Shown here piece by piece: positions 57,201 through 64,000 of a DNA stretch of 64,000 nucleotides. The stretch spans positions 1 through 64,000 of the forward strand of contig JBEWZL010000221.1 of NCBI GenBank assembly GCA_045837725.1, in the 5' to 3' direction. Below the pieces are notes generated by a model. That model was not told where the DNA came from. It saw only the letters and a program-made list of their open reading frames with translations, and searched no databases. Within the stretch, counting starts at the first letter, position 1, and the number at the start of each line of letters is the position of its first letter. Position numbers and translations under genes: made by a program. Source of the stretch: Vermamoeba vermiformis. Lineage: Eukaryota.

Positions 57201-57606
57201 CTAAGCGTCTTTGTCTTGATTTTCTGAACTAAATCCGAGGCTATGCCCAATCTTCTCCATACCCAAGCCGAACGTGGCTTTATCCTTGATAATAATTTTA
57301 CGTGCCTTGGTAATCTCGTTGAGGTAGCATTTCATAATATTTCGGAAATGCTTGCGAATAACGTATTCGTTTGAAACCTTCCGCAAATCTGAAAAGTCTT
57401 CCAAGCTAACTATCGATTTAGCCAAATCTTCATTGAAATTAATATCGGAGCAATCTTCTAAGTTTTCTTTGACGAATGCTTGAATGAGCTTGGTCATCTT
57501 TTCGTAAACAACTTCCAAAAACTCTTCATATGAGGCCTCTCTTGCAGCTTTAAGTTATTGCACGAATGTATTAATAATAAGCTCCATGCTAACAAAATCT
57601 GTCATT
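57201..57606 (-). pseudogene. Short hypothetical gene or pseudogene
   Basis: 105-codon ORF. The upstream ATG frame (MTDFVSMELIINTFVQ) hits an in-frame TAA before joining it. Confidence 0.3.
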
Positions 57607-58088
57607 TGTTGTTGTGGTTATTCAATGCTATGCAATTTTGTACTGCATCGATTTTTGTCACTTTGTTACTACATCACTCGTCAGTCGTCCTTGTAAATGG
57701 CTTCGGTAGGTAAGGTAGCGAAAGTTGTCACGATTAATTAAATTCGAAATTCGCGGCGAACTAGCGACAGCAATTTCCATGACTTAACTAACGAGTGAAT
57801 CGTAACTTAATCGACACGTTAAACTTCAACCGAATAGTTAAACCATTAAATTGGTATCAATTTATTTACTATATTCACGTAAGTAAGGCTGGGGTTCTTT
57901 TTTGATAGATCACGAAGGAAACTGGGCTGGATGAACCCTCGTTTTCATTTCTTAGTTGGTTGTTTAAATTAAGAAAATTGCCGTAGTTATGGACTTATTT
58001 TTTAATGTCTAATGGTGTCCTTTTTTTGCAGTCCCTCCACTCTTCCAACTTAGCCCTGGTAAATCCCTGATCGACCCTGGTAAAAAAC

Positions 58089-59957
58089 ATGCAGCCTCAA
58101 AACAGCGTCAGTCAACACAAATGTACAACAAAGCCACGCTATGACCTGGTCATAATTGGCGCAGGCCCACATGCTCTGAATTTAATTTTGCGATATTTGG
58201 AAAAAGAAGATGCCGATCATTCATACGAGTTTGCAGTTGGACTGCATTCTCGACACCACGCTAATGTTGGAAAATTAAGAGAGCATATTTTTCCGACAAA
58301 TCCGAGGAAAAAAGACCTAAATAGAGTTTTGGTCGTCGATCCTGCAGGATGTTGGCTGAATGTCTGGCGAACAAATTTTGAAGCCCTCCAGATTGAGAAC
58401 CTGAGGTCACCAAGCGATATACATCCCGATCCTATCGACTCCTCGGCCCTAATATATTTTGCTGAAGAAAAAAAGGTGCGAGATCTAACAACGTAATTTT
58501 TAATATTCTTACAAATTATTCTAGCGAGCTGACGAAATACGCCCGATTACAGGCGTGCAGAGGAGCAAGAGTTATGATAGTGGAGTGAGTTTTCCTAGTT
58601 CTGCTGTCTTCAGCGATTTTTGCGAACAGCTGATCGAGAGTTATCAGCTTAACAAAGTCCTGAAAAAAGCTTCTGCGACGAAAATAACTCCCATTTGTGA
58701 TTCTGGTACGTATTAAGCAACAATTATATATGCACAATTTTTCTAATATCCGTAGATCAAACCGCGTCACATTATGCCATCGAATTATCAACCGGCGAAA
58801 CTATTACTAGTGTTGCGACAGTATGTGCTATTGGCAGCACGATCGATTGTCACAACCAATTGCCTTTTTGGGCTGAAGATCATTATCACCAGAACAAACA
58901 ACTGTTGCATTGCCACGACTTGATCCAGCTTATCAAAGACAAGAATCGTAAGATTTGAACTATCAAGCATTCAATGCTATTAAGGCCGGTACTTACATTA
59001 TTATTTATATAGCGCCAGATGTCAAAGATAAGACAGTACTTATTGTCGGTGGCGGACTTACGAGTGGTCACTTGAGCCTCTTAGCGTTGCGCGCGGGTTG
59101 CGAGAAGGTTATTTTAATATGTAGACACTGTTTGCAAGTCAAACCATTCGATTTGGACCTCGGCTGGTAAGTTAGTGATTATATTCGATGATGCGAGTGA
59201 CTTTTTTTGCGGCCGGATCTGCATCTGCTTGACGCACTTGTGATTTCCATTTATTAATATTCTTCATCCATATTATACGTATAATATGTTTATTATTAGG
59301 ATTGCAGCAAAAAGTAGGCCACATAAACTGCAACAATTCTACACGTTGAAGCCGGAGGAGCGTTGGAAAATGATTCAAAAGTGCCGTGGCGGTGGTAGCA
59401 TTAATCCTGCCGTGATGAAGGAGATGAAAGAATATATAGACATGGGCAAGATTGAAGTGTGCGAGGATATCGAAGTATGGTCTGTTGATTGGAAGGTAGG
59501 CTTAATTCAAGATGAAAGAGGATCTCGGCAGATCTTTCCACCGCGCCCTTCAAAACGCATATCTATTATTGTATATTACAGTTTTAATAATCGGAATGAT
59601 GTTTATTAATTTTGTATTTAAAAGAAGGAAGGAGACGATGGTACTGAAGGACGTTTTAACGTTGAATGCAGCGACGATTCTAAGAAGTACTGTCATCATC
59701 TTTGGCTCGCAACAGGCACTCAAGTCGATATTACGCAAGAGCCACTCTTCGAGGAGGTACTGAAGCAAAGTCCTATCGAGATTGTACGAGGATTCCCCGT
59801 GGTCAGATCGGATCTGTCTTGGTCCGAGACGTGCCCAGGCTTGTATATTATGGGACGGTACGCTGCATTGTCGCTCGGTCCAGACGCACTCAATTTAGCA
59901 GGAGCTCGTATGGGTAGTTGTAAAATAGTGGATAGTTTGAAGAGGTTGTTCGCTTAG
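58089..59957 (+). CDS. FAD/NAD(P)-dependent oxidoreductase (Lys/Orn N-oxygenase-like fold)
   Basis: VIIGAGPHAL, LRSP..HPDP, VLIVGGGLTSGHL, IWLATG, LYIMGRYAALSLGPDALNLAGAR. Confidence 0.88.
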
Positions 59958-60209
59958 TCCTCTCAATGCTCACCTAACGCAATAAATGAACAAATAGTAA
60001 ACGACAGTAATACACCAGTTGACAGCAGTCCAAGTGCAAACACCGGCTAATAAACAACGATGGCACTGCATGTCCCATTAGATAAGTACACACAGTGTTG
60101 CATCAAAAGAAATTTCGAACTACGTGTCAAATCTTGTCAGCCCGCTTTATTACAACGCGTTGATCATTTCTTGTCCAATTATTTATTCGCAATAATACAA
60201 GCACGAGTA

Positions 60210-61491
60210 ATGGCTTACAAGGTACGGAGCATTGTAAGTTAATAATTTAAACAGGAACAATCGTTAATTAATTAATTTGTTGATGAAAATGCATTAACAA
60301 ATCGTTGGATAGCAGTATAATACTAGTATTAATTAGTAATATTAATAGGTGCACAATATACATTATTTCGGCCTGCTAATATTCGTTATCGCAATTTTCG
60401 ATTGCTATGCCCAAGAACTCGGATCTACGATAAGTTTCCGAGGTGATTGGGAAAATGGTCTTACTGGTGTTGGCAATTGGGCCAGTACCGAGTGGGCGCG
60501 TCCGAATGTCTCGATCCAGCTGATCTCAGAGCCGGTGCGACAAGGCAAATACGCAGCTCGATTCGAAGTGACCGAGAATGATTACATTAACAGTGGCGAG
60601 CGTGCTGAAGTGTCTAGCATTAGGAATGCTACTGGTGCGGTAGATCGTGCTGAAAACATACCTGGTAAATGACACAACAATTTTTTAGATCACGGATGCT
60701 GACCTTCTTTTTCTTAGGAACTGTATTCTTCTACGCATTTAGTGCTTATTTGCCCTCTCCATTTGTAAGCGGCACTTCATGGACGATTTTGTTGCAGATG
60801 CACGGACCAAACTCGTGGCCATACACCGGCGCCTCTCCTTCTTTTGCAGTGAGCGCCCAAAATGCGTATGCGATTCACGTCAATGGAGGAGTTAAGAACG
60901 GAACAACAAAAAACCGGAATACGGAGTATCAGTTCTCGGATTCAGAAATCATTCCTGACTCGTGGGAGGACTTTGTGTTCGAGATCAAGTGGGACATTGA
61001 AAACAAAGCATACATCAATGGCTGGCGCAGACGATGGGGCCAAGGCGAAAAAGAATTCACGCAAGTGCTGCGGGTGACCAACGAGTCTACACTGATGTAC
61101 GACTGGAACTTGGTGGTCAATGGTAGGACTTGCACGTGACGTTCATGAAACTCGATCACTCATTGCCTAATTAGGAAATGGTACCGGCACAGTGCGTGAC
61201 GCGCACTACTGGAAGCACGGCGTCTACCGCGGGAGTCCCCACGTGACTCCGAATGCAACCGTGGCCATTCTCGACGGCTTCACACGTGCGCTGACATTCG
61301 CTGACGCAGTGTACGGTGCTTTTGGCGATGTGCCTGCTGCGCCGAGTGCTGGGCCTGGTGGTCAGTCCAATCAGCCTGGTACTAACTCACCGCCTGGAGT
61401 CAACACACCGAGCACTGTGACATCAGACACTGCTAGTTTGGTTGTTAATGCTGTTGTTAGTGTGACGGTGTTATTAACTGCTTTGTGGTGA
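60210..61491 (+). CDS. Secreted or GPI-anchored polysaccharide-lyase-like (PF14099-like) protein
   Basis: Signal peptide, PVRQGKYAARFEV, GERAEV, ILLQMHG, WEDFVFEIKW, YWKHGVYR, a P/S/T stalk and a hydrophobic tail. Confidence 0.75.
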
Positions 61492-61942
61492 ATAAATTGA
61501 ATAGACCAGAGTAGAAATTTCACAGCGGAGTTATCTGCAAATGTATTGGCTGTCGCTCATCAATTGAAAGAATTGACTGTCAGCTCTTTACTTTTGTAAC
61601 TTACAGTTGTCTGCGACAATATTTACAGCAGATAATTTGTACAATAGCAGTATTCTTTAACCATATGGATACACACCTGCATATCCAAGCTCTGAAGTGA
61701 CAGAAAGCTAGCAAGCTCGAGCGAGAACAAAGTCTGCATCGTCGATTTAACGCCGGTGCTGCTTGAATTCCGCGGAGCTTGGTTGATGCATTTCGACGAA
61801 ACTCTTGCTGCTAGATCAGCTGGCACGTGGCCACCGATGTTTGACTCCGATGCCATAGCCGCTAAAGAAAACTAGATTGATGATAAAGTTTCTGTTTGAT
61901 ACAATTACAATTGTTAAATGATTCTACACGCTTGAAAATTCT

Positions 61943-64000
61943 TCACACGTCCAACGTTTCTTTCTTCTTATCTTTGTCTTTACCGCCTTGTTCTTTCTTC
62001 TTGGGAAGTTCACCATACATGTCGATGATTGCATTCAACAAATGAATCATTTGCGCTGACTTCTCTTCGTCCTCAATCTGCATGAATCGTTCACGAATCT
62101 TATTTTCGTTTCGTATAATGTGTTCGTGTAAGTACGCGAGTGAGTTGAGTCGAACTTCGCTTGGCAGTTCAAGATCCATTTTCACTTTCGCTTGTGCTCG
62201 CTCTTGTGGGTTCTAAGAATAAACTTATAAGTCACATTTGTTATCGAGAGAAGTTCTATTGTAAAACGATGTGTTTGGACGCGTCAAAATAAAATGAAAA
62301 AAAATAAAAAATAAAAAATAAAAACACTGTTTCTCCTTACCAAAATGCTACGATAGAAGTCAGCAATCTTTGGTCTGTTTCGATTGAGGAAGTCGCTCAA
62401 GTTCTCCATGTACGCTTCTTTGTTGTTCGTGGCCATGTTCGCAAGTGTTTGAAGCACTTTAGCAATCAGAACGAGTTGTCGTTGAGCCACTGGATTCGGT
62501 GCTTCATGGAGAAGGCCGTAGTAGTGAGGAGCTGTCAGCGCAGGACCGATGTAACTACGAGGAGGCATGAAACATTAGACATTTCCTAATTTGGTAATAG
62601 CACGCAGCCACTCACCGCAAGAACAAAAGACCGCCAATCGCTTTGAATACCGCGTCTTCATTACCAAATTTGTCCATGATAGTGTATGACATGCGAGCAA
62701 AGATTTGACGGAATTCACTGAACGAAGAAGTCAGTCACGAGATTGGACCAATTAGCGTGAGGCAATTAACTTACTTTGGTACTTTGTCATCACCGTTCTT
62801 GATCACTGTGAAAATCTTTTGACAAGCGAGAGCGAGTTGATAAACATTCTGATCAGTGTCAACACTCGCATCTTTGATCTTGTTCGGATCAACTTCCATT
62901 TCAATCTGCAGCAACGATGCTCCTTTGTCATCGCTGTTCATTTTGTCTGCTTCTTTCATTGCCTTTGCTGCCACCGTGTTGAGTTCATTCACGACTGTTG
63001 AACATTAGTCAGTTATTACATTGACACTTTGACATTTGACATTTTGACACGTGTCAGTGGTATTAAAGTGTCACTCACCTCTTGCCAATGTGGACCACAA
63101 GTACTTTGTACCAACAAGTTTCGAGTAGTACTTGAACATCTTGCTGCCAATGCTGTTCAAACGGAAGATGGTGTTCTCGCTCGATGCTTTTCGTGCTTCT
63201 TCCGACACAAAGTACTGAAGCATTTCTGCACCTTGTTGCTTGTTTTGAGCCAAGAAGATCAAGTATTTTGCAACCTGAGTGAAACGGAGTCATTAGCGCA
63301 CGGTAGCTTAAATGAATCGATGTCGAACTTACAGCGTCTTGTTCAGTTGGTGCAGTGACTTCTGCGACAGCATCAACAAATGTTCGGTCACGACTCATCA
63401 AAACGTCTTCAAGTTGTCTACGCAAAGATGTATAATCAGTAAATGAACGATAATAAAATCAATTTGAGGTACTCACTGATAGTCATCCTTGGCGTTGATC
63501 TTGTATTTGAGTGTCAAATCAGTTTGATAAGCCACGGTCAAATAATCAGGCTCCACAACTTCGACGATCAATCCACCACGACGTTTTCGCCAGCGCATGA
63601 ACAGAATCAGCAGTACTGTGCCTGCAATCAGTGCCGATCCTCCAACTACAACTCCCGCAACCAGTCCTGCAACATCAATGGCTGCACTACAGTTTTCAGC
63701 CCATAGCTCGGGACTGCCGCATGTTGCTTGCGTTGTGCACGTGTTTGATTCTGAGCACCAGCCACAAAGATTCTTTGCGATACATTGAGAGCACGAGGTC
63801 AGTTGAGAGCAGTCTGTTTGGTGTTGTTTGTTAGCATTGTTGAGTGATGATAATGAGCCAAAGTGACTTACCAACGAAAGTGAACGGCACTGGTCCAGCA
63901 ATCGAAGTACTTTCGAACAACAATCTGAAGTTCAAACTGCTCTCGAAGATTACTTTTGGAGGTGTGCACATCAGTGACGATGAGTTGACAATCGTTGCGG
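61943..64000 (-). CDS. Single-pass membrane RasGAP with an extracellular PSI domain (5' part outside the window)
   Basis: PSI: CSQLTSCSQCIAKNLCGWC. TM: AGLVAGVVVGGSALIAGTVLLILF-MRWRKRR. RasGAP: IFRLNSIGSK, LFLRYIGPALTAP, LVLIAKVLQTLAN. Confidence 0.9.

Overview
Left end of a eukaryotic chromosome from a compact, intron-rich protist-like genome using the standard code. It starts in CCCTAA (TTAGGG) telomeric repeats and has three zones. (1) About 1-14.05 kb is an unusual terminal module bounded by the telomere and a degenerate internal CCCTAA remnant. It carries a large orphan gene that runs into the telomere, a second orphan gene, a divergent Fpg/Nei (NEIL1-like) DNA glycosylase gene that the ORF track splits at its introns, and another orphan. 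It ends with about 4.5 kb of non-coding DNA holding three palindrome/hairpin arrays, one of them a 4-unit array with clear base-pair covariation. (2) About 14.2-19.3 kb holds a Lys-rich orphan gene and a CpG-depleted decayed zone. (3) About 19.3-64 kb is ordinary gene-dense sequence: ABCC transporter, carboxylic acid reductase-like A-T-R enzyme, secreted protein, OSCA/TMEM63 channel, DUF1445 protein, Cys-rich surface protein, DEP-domain protein, RPS2, HIBCH, Xaa-Pro aminopeptidase, TIGR01777/SDR39U1, ankyrin protein, flavin oxidoreductase, polysaccharide-lyase-like protein and a PSI+TM+RasGAP gene cut by the window end. Gene models were spliced by eye, so boundaries are approximate, and no database searches were run.
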